From an uncultured Bacilli bacterium (GTDB taxonomy: Bacteria > Bacillota_I > Bacilli_A > RF39 > UBA660): DNA of 64,000 nucleotides. This document shows positions 1 through 9,086 of the stretch, in pieces. The DNA lies in NCBI GenBank assembly GCA_934101495.1, contig CAKORG010000003.1:2679-66678 (forward strand), in the 5' to 3' direction. The stretch's first letter is position 1, and the number at the start of each line of letters is the position of its first letter. The notes under the pieces were generated by a model. The model had not been told where the DNA came from. It searched no databases and saw only the letters and a program-made list of their open reading frames with translations. Made by a program: the position numbers and the translations under genes.

Positions 1-1041
1 TTCACCAAGATATAAAACGCATGCTTGACCTGGGGTAACAGCTTTAACTTTCTCAGGATATTTAACTCTAATTTTATCATTTTCTAAATATTCAAGTTCA
101 ACTGCATGGTCGTCATCTCTATATCTAAATTTAGCTGTACAAAAAGTTGGTCTTAAACTGCTAATAAAATTAACATTATCTATAATGCATTCATCACTCA
201 TTAAATATTTATTATCTTCACCAAAAGCTACATATAGTATATTTTTTTCTACATTCTTACCACATACATAATGTCTCTCTAGATTTCCACTTATGCCAAC
301 ATTTCTTCTTTGACCAATTGTATAATTCATAAGACCTGTATGTCTTCCAATAACTTCTTTAGTTTCAACATCTACAATGTCACCAGGATTAGGTCTTAGA
401 TAGTTTTCAATAAACTTTTGATAGTTTCTCTCACCTATAAAGCAAATACCAGTTGAATCCTTCTTATGAGCAACATTCAAATTATTTTCTTCTGCTATCT
501 TTCTAATTTCAGGTTTTGTATAATCACCGACTGGGAATAAAACATTCTTTAAAGCTTCTCTTTTAACATCTGCTAAAAAGTAAGTTTGATCTTTATTTAA
601 ATCAACTGCTCTTTTAAGTTTTCCATCTTCCATTCTTGCATAATGACCAGTAGCAATATAATCTGCCCCTAATCTTTTAGCTTCTTTAATAAATAAATCA
701 AATTTAATAAATTTATTACATAACATATCTGGATTTGGTGTTCTTCCTTTTTTTAATTCTTCTAAAAAGTAAGTAAATACATAATCCCAATATTCTTTAA
801 TAAAATCTATTCTATGAAGCTTAATACCTAATTTATTACATAATTCTAAAGCATCATTATAATCCTTTTCTTGAGGACATATATCATTAAAATCATTAGG
901 ATTTCCTAAAAAATCATTATTAATATTGCTATCCCAATTACGCATAAAAAGTCCTTCAACTTCATAGCCCGCTTTTTGTAAAAGAAGAGCACCTACCGCA
1001 GAATCTACTCCTCCAGATATTCCAATAATTACTTTTTCCAT
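1..1041 (-). CDS. mnmA: tRNA 2-thiouridine(34) synthase MnmA, 5' part (gene runs off the left edge)
   Basis: My own minus-strand translation from ATG 1041..1039 gives MEKVIIGISGGVDSAVGALLLQKAGYEVEGLFMRNWD...GRTPNPDMLCNKFIKF... It has the PP-loop SGGxDS and MnmA-typical motifs. It is missing from the ORF track because the window edge truncates it. Confidence 0.85.
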   Translation of the reverse strand, partial: MEKVIIGISGGVDSAVGALLLQKAGYEVEGLFMRNWDSNINNDFLGNPNDFNDICPQEKDYNDALELCNKLGIKLHRIDFIKEYWDYVFTYFLEELKKGRTPNPDMLCNKFIKFDLFIKEAKRLGADYIATGHYARMEDGKLKRAVDLNKDQTYFLADVKREALKNVLFPVGDYTKPEIRKIAEENNLNVAHKKDSTGICFIGERNYQKFIENYLRPNPGDIVDVETKEVIGRHTGLMNYTIGQRRNVGISGNLERHYVCGKNVEKNILYVAFGEDNKYLMSDECIIDNVNFISSLRPTFCTAKFRYRDDDHAVELEYLENDKIRVKYPEKVKAVTPGQACVLYLGE

Positions 1042-1064
1042 AAACATCACGTAAATATTATAAC

Positions 1065-1652
1065 TTATTTTATTAGAAAATTAAAGATATTTATGAGCTT
1101 AGCCCCTCCAAAATACAAAATTACATCACTAATCATAATAATACCAATAAAAACTATGCTTCTTTTCATAAACATAACTAAAGACTCTTTATTTCTTTTT
1201 TTATAAACTAAATAATCTATTACACATTTAACTATTTTAAATAAATTTACACTAAATATAATAAATAATACTACAAATACTAATTTACTTATAATTACAT
1301 ATAAAACCCCAAATAACATTCCTTTAATACCAAATATACATGTAATAGAACTTATTATAAAGCCTATGGTAAATCCGTTATAAAACATAAAGAATATAAC
1401 AAGTGGGCCTCCAATTAAAAAGATACTTAATATGAGTAATGTAGAAAGTATTACTAAATGTTGCACTAATATACTAATATTATTTGTACCAAGACTTTGT
1501 AAAAAGTTATTTATATTCAAAAACAATATTTCTTTCGTAGCTTCATCTAGCATAATAACAAAAACTACTCCAGTTATAATGCCTATAATTAAAACAATAC
1601 TCATAAATAAATATAGTTTCTTACTTAAGCTTGTCCACATTTCTATCACCAC
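1065..1652 (-). CDS. spoIIM: stage II sporulation protein M-like polytopic membrane protein
   Basis: 195-aa ORF with about 5 TM segments. The central block LILSIFLIGGPLVIFFMFYNGFTIGFII matches my recollection of the SpoIIM/DUF95 core. Confidence 0.55.
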   Translation of the reverse strand: MVIEMWTSLSKKLYLFMSIVLIIGIITGVVFVIMLDEATKEILFLNINNFLQSLGTNNISILVQHLVILSTLLILSIFLIGGPLVIFFMFYNGFTIGFIISSITCIFGIKGMLFGVLYVIISKLVFVVLFIIFSVNLFKIVKCVIDYLVYKKRNKESLVMFMKRSIVFIGIIMISDVILYFGGAKLINIFNFLIK

Positions 1653-1723
1653 TTAATTATATTGCAAATTTATTAAAATTATGATAAATTATTTATATAA
1701 ACAAAAGAAAGTGGTGAATTATT

Positions 1724-1810
1724 TTGAATAAAAAAGCTCAAAAAATCTTAGTTTGGATTATGCTTATAATCATGGTAGCAAGTGTGATTGCTAGTTTCTT
1801 TATAATGTAA
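1724..1810 (+). CDS. 28-aa small membrane peptide (DUF4044-like), TTG start
   Basis: Read by hand: RBS AAAGTGGTGA, then TTG AAT AAA..., giving MNKKAQKILVWIMLIIMVASVIASFFIM*. A Lys-rich N-terminus plus a single TM resembles small DUF4044 peptides of Bacilli. Too short for the ORF track. Confidence 0.3.
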   Translation: MNKKAQKILVWIMLIIMVASVIASFFIM

Positions 1811-1876
1811 ATAACAGCTATACTTTAAAGCAAATAACTATTTGACAAAAATAAATAGTTATGTTATTATGTATAT

Positions 1877-1985
1877 AGCAAAGAAAATTTGCATAAATTA
1901 AAATAGGAAACATTCAATTTGGTATGTTGAATGTCTGCCTTATAAAGATTCAGACATTTAGTCTTTGACTAAGTGTCATTTTTTT
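1877..1985 (+). ncRNA. small RNA copy 1 (candidate type I antitoxin), promoter-to-terminator unit
   Basis: The promoter is TTGACA (1842-1847), a 17-nt spacer, then TATTAT (1865-1870). The terminator is the hairpin GACATTTAGTC-TTT-GACTAAGTGTC (1953-1977) followed by T7. No downstream plus-strand gene. The 3' end overlaps the stop codon of the convergent 30-aa ORF. Confidence 0.5.
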
Positions 1986-2068
1986 ACAATAGCTATTAGC
2001 AAAATAACTAAAAATAAAATGGTACAAATAAAGTCAAGCACTCTTAAAATAAAGGTCTTATTCTTCAT
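1976..2068 (-). CDS. 30-aa hydrophobic peptide, type I toxin-like
   Basis: Hand translation: MKNKTFILRVLDFICTILFLVILLIAIVKK*. Strong SD GAGGAGG lies 8 nt upstream of ATG 2068. Its own promoter is TTGCTT-17-TATACT (2176-2148, minus strand). The peptide has a single TM and a Lys-Lys C-terminus. Confidence 0.45.
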   Translation of the reverse strand: MKNKTFILRVLDFICTILFLVILLIAIVKK

Positions 2069-2286
2069 TGTATCAAGCCTCCTCTCTATTAATTAAAGTA
2101 ATAAGATTTGGCAGACACTCAACAATTGAATTATTTCCTATGAGAAAAGTATATCATAGTCATCCAAATAAAGCAAGCATTATAAGCATATTTTAAGTTT
2201 GTTTTTTAACTTTATTTTATTATTCTTATTGATATTTTTAGCTATATTATATTGACATAAAATTTTAAAAATGTTAATATATATTT

Positions 2287-2391
2287 AGCAAATAAAGTTT
2301 GCATAAAATAGGAAGCTTTCAATTTAGTACGTTGAATGCCTGCCTTATATAAGTTACAGACATTTAGTCTTTGACTAAATGTCATTTTTTT
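2287..2391 (+). ncRNA. small RNA copy 2 (paralog of 1877-1985)
   Basis: The promoter is TTGACA (2252-2257), a 17-nt spacer, then TAATAT (2275-2280). The body aligns with copy 1 (TAGCAAA..TTTGCATAAA..TAGGAA..TTCAATTT.GTA.GTTGAATG.CTGCCTTA..). The terminator GACATTTAGTC-TTT-GACTAAATGTC plus T7 (2359-2391) is nearly identical. Confidence 0.5.
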
Positions 2392-2397
2392 ATGCAA

Positions 2398-2421
2398 AGA
2401 AAAAAGGCTTTCTCAAGCCTC
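2398..2421 (-). terminator. intrinsic terminator after tig
   Basis: In minus sense: AGGCTT-GAGA-AAGCCT followed by TTTTTT, directly after the tig stop codon. Confidence 0.6.
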
Positions 2422-3666
2422 TTAGTTATTTTCTTTTAATATTTCTAATGCTTTATGCATTTTCATATCATATTCAATAACATCCATTGAACCATAAGCT
2501 TTTAAAAGTTCAGCTTTATCTACACCATAAGATGCAGCAATTTCATCAGCTCTAGCTTCAACTTCTTCTTTAGTAAATTTTAAATCTTCTTTTTCTGCAA
2601 TAGCTTCTAACATGAAACGATATTTAACACGTTTTTCAGCTTCTGGTTCCATTTGTTTATGTAAATCTTCTTCTTTTGTACCAGTTATTTTCATAAATTC
2701 ATTAAAATCCATACCTTGCATTTTTAATTGTTCAGCATATTGATTAATCATTCTATGAACTTCTTCATCTACGATTTCAGGATTAATTTCTGCCTTCATA
2801 TTTTTAGCTGCAGCTTCTAAAACTTTATCCATGAACTCATCTTCTAAATGATGTTCTTTTTCATGAACTAATTCTTCTTTGACTTTAGCTTTTAATCCAG
2901 CTTCATCTTTAACATCTTCATATCCTAGATCTTCAAAGAAATCTTTATTAATTTCAGGTAAAACTCTTGTTTTAACTTCATTTACTGTAACTGTAAATGT
3001 AACATCTTTGCCTTTTAATTCTTCAACATAGTTTTCTGGGAACTTTAGATTTAATTCTTTAGTTTCTCCAGCTTTCATACCTACTACGCCTTCTTCAAAT
3101 CCTGGAATAAATGAATGACTTCCAATTTCTAAAGGATAATTTTCACCCTTAGCACCTTCAACTTCTTTACCATCAACTACACCAGTAAAGCTAATAACTG
3201 CAGTATCACCTTCTACAACTGTGCCATTTTCTTTAACAACAACATCAGCCATATGACTTCTCATATGTTCAATTTCATGTTCAACTTCTTCATCAGTTAC
3301 TTTAGCTTCTCCTTTTTTAACTTTTAAGTTTTTGTAATCTCCTAGAGTAACTTCTGGTTTAGTAATAATTGTAAATTTAAAAATAACATTTGTATCACTA
3401 ATTCCAGTAACATCAACTTGTGGTTCAATAACTGGTATTAATTTTTCAGCATCTAATGCTTTTTTATATGCAACACTTATACAAGCATCAATAGCATCAG
3501 CATATAATGACTCAATACCAAAATGTTTTAAATAAATTTCTTTACTTGCCATTCCTTTTCTAAAACCATCAATTTTAACTTCTTTGTTTTTCTTTTTAAA
3601 TACAGCATCTAAAGCAGATACCCATTCATTTTCAAGTTTAATTTCAACTTCATGTACGTTTTTCAT
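2422..3666 (-). CDS. tig: trigger factor
   Basis: 414 aa with the N-terminal ribosome-binding signature IDGFRKG, an FKBP-type PPIase middle and a C-terminal arm domain. Confidence 0.95.
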   Translation of the reverse strand: MKNVHEVEIKLENEWVSALDAVFKKKNKEVKIDGFRKGMASKEIYLKHFGIESLYADAIDACISVAYKKALDAEKLIPVIEPQVDVTGISDTNVIFKFTIITKPEVTLGDYKNLKVKKGEAKVTDEEVEHEIEHMRSHMADVVVKENGTVVEGDTAVISFTGVVDGKEVEGAKGENYPLEIGSHSFIPGFEEGVVGMKAGETKELNLKFPENYVEELKGKDVTFTVTVNEVKTRVLPEINKDFFEDLGYEDVKDEAGLKAKVKEELVHEKEHHLEDEFMDKVLEAAAKNMKAEINPEIVDEEVHRMINQYAEQLKMQGMDFNEFMKITGTKEEDLHKQMEPEAEKRVKYRFMLEAIAEKEDLKFTKEEVEARADEIAASYGVDKAELLKAYGSMDVIEYDMKMHKALEILKENN

Positions 3667-3745
3667 AAATACTTCCTTCCTTAACTACTTTATTATAATA
3701 TAACTTCACTCATTTTACAAGAAAATAAGCTTAATTCCTTAGAAT

Positions 3746-4213
3746 TTAAGCTATTTTTACAATTTTTATTGTGTATCCACCATTTGGACTAGCAACTTCA
3801 ACTGCATCACCAATTTTATGTTTAAGAAGAGCTATACCTAAAGGTGACTCATTAGATATTTTATTATCAAATGGATCAGTTTCCATAGAACCAACTATTT
3901 TGTATTCTTCTTCTTCACCATCATCATAACTAATTGTAACAGTTGAACCTAAACTAACTTCATCTTTACCTTTATTATCAATAATTTCGGCATGTTCTAG
4001 TTTATATTCAAGTTCTTGAATTTTAGCTTCAATTATAGCTTGTTCATTTCTAGCTGCATCATAGTCAGCATTTTCTGATAAGTCCCCTAATGCTCTAGCT
4101 TCTTTTAATGCTTTAATGACTTCTGGACGACGAACATTTTTAAGTTCATTTAATTCATTTTCAGCTTCTAAGAAACCTTCAGCAGTCATAATAAATGTAT
4201 TTTCTTTTTTCAT
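3746..4213 (-). CDS. greA: transcription elongation factor GreA
   Basis: 155 aa. Coiled-coil N-terminus with ...GDLSENADYDAA... and a GreA C-terminal domain. Confidence 0.95.
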   Translation of the reverse strand: MKKENTFIMTAEGFLEAENELNELKNVRRPEVIKALKEARALGDLSENADYDAARNEQAIIEAKIQELEYKLEHAEIIDNKGKDEVSLGSTVTISYDDGEEEEYKIVGSMETDPFDNKISNESPLGIALLKHKIGDAVEVASPNGGYTIKIVKIA

Positions 4214-4270
4214 AAATTCAATCTCCTTTTTAATTTCGTTTTACAGTTCATAATCATACTATAAAATACT

Positions 4271-5446
4271 CTATTTGTCAATCATCTTTAGCCGCATCAT
4301 ATCGTTTTTTTCTAACCGTTTATCTACAGGTAATTTAACGATACTTTTGGGATGATTACAAATACTTATCTTTTCATTATTATCATCATATATTGTATTA
4401 ACTATATAACTAAATGTTTCATGATTTGGTCCAAAAAACTCTGTTTCATAGCCTCTTTCAAAATAATTCCTAACTTCTAAAGTTGCTATTTTAGTGCTTT
4501 CATCATAGTCTAAAACTAACCCTAAAAAATCTTGGTTAGAAACTTCCATTCTGCCATTCCAATATTGCTCATTTTCCCCGGGTAATTTGTCAAAAAATTG
4601 TGGCGTAGACTCTCTATTTGCGCATCTATTTAATACTTTTAAATAATAGTTTTCTCTTTCAAGTGTAAGAGTTTCATTTAAAGCTGCATCAATCATTCTG
4701 CGGTATGCAAGAAGTACTGTTGAAACATAATAAATAGAACGCATTCTACCTTCAATTTTAAAAGAAGCAACACCTAAATCAATTTGCTTTTTAATAAATG
4801 GCACCATATTTAAATCCTTTGGCATAATACTTAAATTAATACCATTATCTGTATCAAACTCCCAGCGACAAACTTGAGCACATCCTCCACGATTTGAATC
4901 CCTATTAGTCATATAATTTGATAAAACGCATTTGCCACTGAAAGAAGTACACATAGCACCATGAATAAACGTTTCAATTTCAATACCAGTTTTAGAAATA
5001 TTAATTAAATCTTCGCGAGATGCTTCACGAGCCAAAACCACACGTGTAACTCCGAGTCTTTGCCAAAATCTCACAGCTCTACTATTTAAAGTACTAGCTT
5101 GTGTAGATAAACATACACTTAAACCTAACTTTAACTCTTGACAAGCCTTAATTACAGTAATATCACTTGCAATAATGCCATCAATATGAATGATGTCTAA
5201 ATATTTTAAATAATCTTCTAAGCCATTTAAATCATCATCATGAAAGACAATATTAACAGTAACATATATTTTTTTATTTAAACTATGAGCATACTCTGCA
5301 GCTTCTTTAAGTTCTTCTAAGCTAAAGTTTTTAGCATTAGCTCTCAAACTAAAATTTTGCCCACCACAATAAATAGCATCGGCACCATAAAGGTATGCAA
5401 ACTTCATCTTTTCAAAATCCCCAGCGGGTGCTAGTAACTCAGGCAT
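4271..5446 (-). CDS. U32 family peptidase-like protein (YrrO/TrhP-type, tRNA ho5U pathway in Bacillus)
   Basis: 391 aa. MPELLAPAG...NFSL..L..A...AH...KIYVTVN...E.F.HGAMC.S.SG.C.LS are classic U32 motifs. It lies downstream of trmR and a second U32-like gene, as in B. subtilis yrrMNO. Confidence 0.85.
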   Translation of the reverse strand: MPELLAPAGDFEKMKFAYLYGADAIYCGGQNFSLRANAKNFSLEELKEAAEYAHSLNKKIYVTVNIVFHDDDLNGLEDYLKYLDIIHIDGIIASDITVIKACQELKLGLSVCLSTQASTLNSRAVRFWQRLGVTRVVLAREASREDLINISKTGIEIETFIHGAMCTSFSGKCVLSNYMTNRDSNRGGCAQVCRWEFDTDNGINLSIMPKDLNMVPFIKKQIDLGVASFKIEGRMRSIYYVSTVLLAYRRMIDAALNETLTLERENYYLKVLNRCANRESTPQFFDKLPGENEQYWNGRMEVSNQDFLGLVLDYDESTKIATLEVRNYFERGYETEFFGPNHETFSYIVNTIYDDNNEKISICNHPKSIVKLPVDKRLEKNDMMRLKMIDK

Positions 5447-6200
5447 CTAAATCACCTACTTTATATACAGTCTTTTTATCTAGAAATATAGAACTTGTTT
5501 CAATGCTTTTTGTATCACCATGAAGAACTTTTATAATATTATCAATATCTAAAAGAATAGGATCATACCAAAAGTATAAAACATTATCTAAATCAAGTAA
5601 TTCTAAAGCATTATAATATGGATAAGCATACACTTTAGTGCCTTCCTTACTTTCAATAAATTTAAAATATTTATTATTAATACTTGCATTTAGTATATTA
5701 TTTTCTTCTATTTTAAAGTGTTTTTCATAATTAGTAACTAAATTTCTTCTTGAATACGTAAGGGCTTTAAGTCCAAATGCATAAATAACTACTTTATTAT
5801 TTGCATTTTTAACAACTAACTCTATTTCGTCTTTACTTAAATCACTAGATACTACAACACTATCTACATATTCTAAATAGTAATTTAGAGATTTACTATT
5901 ATTTGCAATATGATCAAGTAAAAGTATTTTAGTAATATTTAAATTCTTTATTACATCAAGCATCCCTAAATCATCAAATATAATCCCTTTTACATGACTA
6001 TTTTTAAGTATTACCTCTAGTTTATCTAGATCACTATCAGTAAGTATTCTATTTATTAAAACAAAATCATCTATATCATTTATATCAAAATATTCTTCAT
6101 AACCAGTGGAAAAAAATCTAAGAGGATAAACAAGTGTTACATCCTCTTTTTTTAATTTACTTATATAATCTTTATTTGTAACTGTAACAAGCTTATTCAT
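5439..6200 (-). CDS. divergent U32 family (YrrN-like) protein
   Basis: 253 aa, with position and size as for yrrN between trmR and yrrO homologs. Only weak U32-like motifs (GIIFDDLG). Overlaps both neighbours by 8 nt. Confidence 0.5.
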   Translation of the reverse strand: MNKLVTVTNKDYISKLKKEDVTLVYPLRFFSTGYEEYFDINDIDDFVLINRILTDSDLDKLEVILKNSHVKGIIFDDLGMLDVIKNLNITKILLLDHIANNSKSLNYYLEYVDSVVVSSDLSKDEIELVVKNANNKVVIYAFGLKALTYSRRNLVTNYEKHFKIEENNILNASINNKYFKFIESKEGTKVYAYPYYNALELLDLDNVLYFWYDPILLDIDNIIKVLHGDTKSIETSSIFLDKKTVYKVGDLDA

Positions 6201-6795
6201 GTTTCCAAGTACTCACTGAAAGTCCATCACCAATATCATAAAACTCGGTGTCAAACTCAGTATTTGTCTTTAAAAATTCAATATATTTTTCTATTTTTTC
6301 CACTAAACTTTTTAAGTTACCTTTATCTAATTTATTTGATTCACCAACATAGCCATGAAACTTAATATTATCGGTTATAATAGCCCCATTTGGATTTAAG
6401 AAATTTTTATATTTTTCAAAAAATTTTGTATATTGTCCTTTAGCTGCATCGATAAATATTAAGTCGTATCTTAAATCTTCAGATAAATTAAGTTCTAATG
6501 CATCTTGATATACAACATTAATTTTCTTATCCATGCCACATTTTTTTACATTTTTAAGACATTCCATGTATCTTGTTTCATCTCTTTCTATCGTTGTAAC
6601 TGTAGTTTCTTGATTAGATGAAGCCATAAGTATTGCAGAATATCCGATTGCACTACCTATTTCTAAGACATCTTTAATATTATTATCTCTAATATATTTC
6701 ATAATAAATGCTATAGATTTCTTTTCAATAATTGGTACATTATGCTCAGATGCATAATTTTCCATTTCTAATATTTGTTCTTTCACGTTTTTCAC
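6193..6795 (-). CDS. trmR: SAM-dependent O-methyltransferase (YrrM/TrmR-like)
   Basis: 200 aa with the class I MTase motif VLEIGSAIGYSAI and IFIDAAK. Synteny with mltG and the U32 genes. Confidence 0.7.
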   Translation of the reverse strand: MKNVKEQILEMENYASEHNVPIIEKKSIAFIMKYIRDNNIKDVLEIGSAIGYSAILMASSNQETTVTTIERDETRYMECLKNVKKCGMDKKINVVYQDALELNLSEDLRYDLIFIDAAKGQYTKFFEKYKNFLNPNGAIITDNIKFHGYVGESNKLDKGNLKSLVEKIEKYIEFLKTNTEFDTEFYDIGDGLSVSTWKHE

Positions 6796-6797
6796 CT

Positions 6798-7850
6798 TTA
6801 CTTTACATATTTTTTAACTAAAGCATTAAATTCTTCATTTGTTTTAGCAAAATATACTTTACCAGTATTAATATCCGCTACAAAATATAAGTAGTCAGTA
6901 TCAGCTGGCTTTAATGCTGCATTTATACTTCCAATAGATGGATTACAAATTGGTCCAACAGGAAGTCCAATAAATGTAGTAACTCTAGTATTATAAGGGT
7001 TTTTATCATTTAAGTCAAGTTGTGTTATAGTTTCAGTCATTTCTTTTTGAACCCCATAGTAACTTGTAACATCCATGCCAAGTGCCATATTAAGCGATAA
7101 TCTCTTATAAATTACTTGTGTAACCATAGCTCTATCACTATTTGTATTTGCTTCTTTTTCTGCAATACTAGCAACAGTTAATAGTTCATGAATATTATAT
7201 TTACTATTTTCTATTTTACTCTTTAGTGGTTCTAATCTTTCATTTGTTACATTTAAAACTTTTCTTATTACTTGTTCAATACTAGTTTCTTTATAGAAAT
7301 TATATGTTTCAGGATATAAATAGCCTTCTAAAGGAAAATATATATCTTCATCAAGTATATCATTAGTTAAGAACCAATAATCAGCTATTAAACCTTTCAA
7401 ATATGCTTTATCACTAAGTTTTTTGATAGCTTCATCATAATCAATATTTGTTTCATTTGCAACCATTGTAACAAAATTCTTTAAAGTATCTCCCTCTTTA
7501 AAAGTTATTCTGACTTCATCTCTTTTAACATTTACTACATCACCAGTACTTAAACTAGTTATAATATCTTTAACACTCATATCACGAGAAAGTTCATAAT
7601 TACCTGCCTGTAAATTTTTTTTACCTGATAAAACTATATAGATAAATGTTGCATATTTACTTTTAATAAGTTTTGCATCTTTTAAATTTTCTACAATTTT
7701 TTCTTTACCTTCACCTTTTTTTACAGTAAATTCCACAATATCTTTACTTTTACTAACTGGGCTAAGTAATATCATAAGGGCAATCACACTAACTAAGATT
7801 AAACCCACAATTACACTAAGTATCACAATCAATTTTCTATTTTTTTTCAT
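6798..7850 (-). CDS. mltG: endolytic murein transglycosylase MltG (YceG-like)
   Basis: 350 aa. N-terminal TM, YceG-type body, ...ASIAEKEA... catalytic region. Confidence 0.9.
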   Translation of the reverse strand: MKKNRKLIVILSVIVGLILVSVIALMILLSPVSKSKDIVEFTVKKGEGKEKIVENLKDAKLIKSKYATFIYIVLSGKKNLQAGNYELSRDMSVKDIITSLSTGDVVNVKRDEVRITFKEGDTLKNFVTMVANETNIDYDEAIKKLSDKAYLKGLIADYWFLTNDILDEDIYFPLEGYLYPETYNFYKETSIEQVIRKVLNVTNERLEPLKSKIENSKYNIHELLTVASIAEKEANTNSDRAMVTQVIYKRLSLNMALGMDVTSYYGVQKEMTETITQLDLNDKNPYNTRVTTFIGLPVGPICNPSIGSINAALKPADTDYLYFVADINTGKVYFAKTNEEFNALVKKYVK

Positions 7851-8117
7851 CTAATCACTACTTTCCTTTTTATTTAATAACATTATTATTTGTCTAAATA
7901 TTTCATCTATATTCTCAAGAGTTTCAGAACTTTCTATTGGCAATATTTTTTGCACCCCATCATCTAATTCATATTTTCCAGCATAACAAATTGTATCACC
8001 AATATTATTTAACTCATTTTTAGTATAAATAATATATTCTCCATCACTTGTAGATACTTTCATAATTATTTTATATGTATCTTTATTTTTATTATCAATT
8101 ATTAGCTTATTTACCAT
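7851..8117 (-). CDS. DUF1292 family protein (YrzB-like)
   Basis: 88 aa. Conserved position between ruvX and mltG and a typical acidic small protein. Confidence 0.7.
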   Translation of the reverse strand: MVNKLIIDNKNKDTYKIIMKVSTSDGEYIIYTKNELNNIGDTICYAGKYELDDGVQKILPIESSETLENIDEIFRQIIMLLNKKESSD

Positions 8118-8529
8118 AATTTACCTTCTTTAAATATGCTTCAAGTATTAAAGTTGCTGATATTATATCAGTTTTATTCTTTTTATTTATTTGTTTAAGA
8201 CCATTATTTTTCATAATATTTATAGCTTCCACAGATGTAAGTCTTTCATCCTGAAGTTCTACTTTTATGTTTTCTTCTTCAAGCATTTTTTTAAAATTTA
8301 AACTTCTTTCTGCAGCAAAACCCATGGTATTATCCATGTTTTTAGGTAGTCCCAACACAACCACGTCAATACATTTTTCTTTTATTATAAGAAGCACTTC
8401 TTTTAAAGCTTCATCATAATCTTCTCGAGCAAATCTTATAAGTTTAAAAGGACTTACTAAAGTATTTGTTTTATCACTGATGGCAACACCACATGTTGTG
8501 GTTCCTAAATCTAAACCCAAGTATCTCAT
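8107..8529 (-). CDS. ruvX: putative pre-16S rRNA nuclease / Holliday junction resolvase-like RuvX (YqgF)
   Basis: 140 aa with the MRYLGLDLGTTTCGVAISD N-terminus typical of YqgF/RuvX. Confidence 0.9.
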   Translation of the reverse strand: MRYLGLDLGTTTCGVAISDKTNTLVSPFKLIRFAREDYDEALKEVLLIIKEKCIDVVVLGLPKNMDNTMGFAAERSLNFKKMLEEENIKVELQDERLTSVEAINIMKNNGLKQINKKNKTDIISATLILEAYLKKVNYGK

Positions 8530-8783
8530 TATTTACCCAAGTATGTATTAATAATTGCCATTAATACTTCAGTTCTATCAAATTTAGATAGTTTACTTCT
8601 TGAATGATTAAAAGTCGTAATATATTTTAAATCACCAGTTGCAAGATAACCCACCAATTGATTAGTTGCATTATATCCTTTAAATTCCATTGCTTCAATT
8701 ACTTCATTAATAGTCATAAGTATTAATTCTTGTCTTAATTCTTTGACATTAAAAATAGTTGTATTATTATCCATAAAATTCAC
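8529..8783 (-). CDS. ireB: IreB/UPF0297 family protein (YrzL-like)
   Basis: 84 aa with the ...KGYNATNQLVGYLATGD..YIT core characteristic of UPF0297. Synteny with ruvX. Confidence 0.75.
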   Translation of the reverse strand: MNFMDNNTTIFNVKELRQELILMTINEVIEAMEFKGYNATNQLVGYLATGDLKYITTFNHSRSKLSKFDRTEVLMAIINTYLGK

Positions 8784-8837
8784 CCACTTATATAATTAGC
8801 TCACATTAATTTTATCAAAATTCAAAAAAAATTGCAA

Positions 8838-9040
8838 TATAAAAGGATGCCAAACAGCATCCATGTAGAGATTTTCTTAAGGTACTCAACAACAGTATTA
8901 CATTTGTTTATATTTTTAAAAGAAAACTTTAATACTTAATATTGTAGGAACTATAAGACTATAATTTATATTATAGAAAGGTTTGTAAAAGAGTTAATGA
9001 TTAATAAACAAAATGTCTTTCCCGAAAACCTCTACAACTA
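8838..9040 (-). ncRNA. candidate structured RNA of about 200 nt (6S-like long irregular hairpin)
   Basis: In minus sense, 5' GUAGAGGUUUUC (9035-9024) pairs with 3' GAAAAUCUCUAC (8876-8865). An inner helix pairs ACAUUUUGUUUAU with AUAAACAAAUGU. There is an asymmetric internal loop and an apical hairpin CUAUAAU-AUAA-AUUAUAG. It is followed by the terminator GGAUGC-UGUUUG-GCAUCC-UUUU. A possible extended -10 element is TGTTAGTAT. Confidence 0.3.
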
Positions 9041-9086
9041 ATACTAACAATTGAATGTGAAAAAAATGTGATAGAAATGTGAAAAT

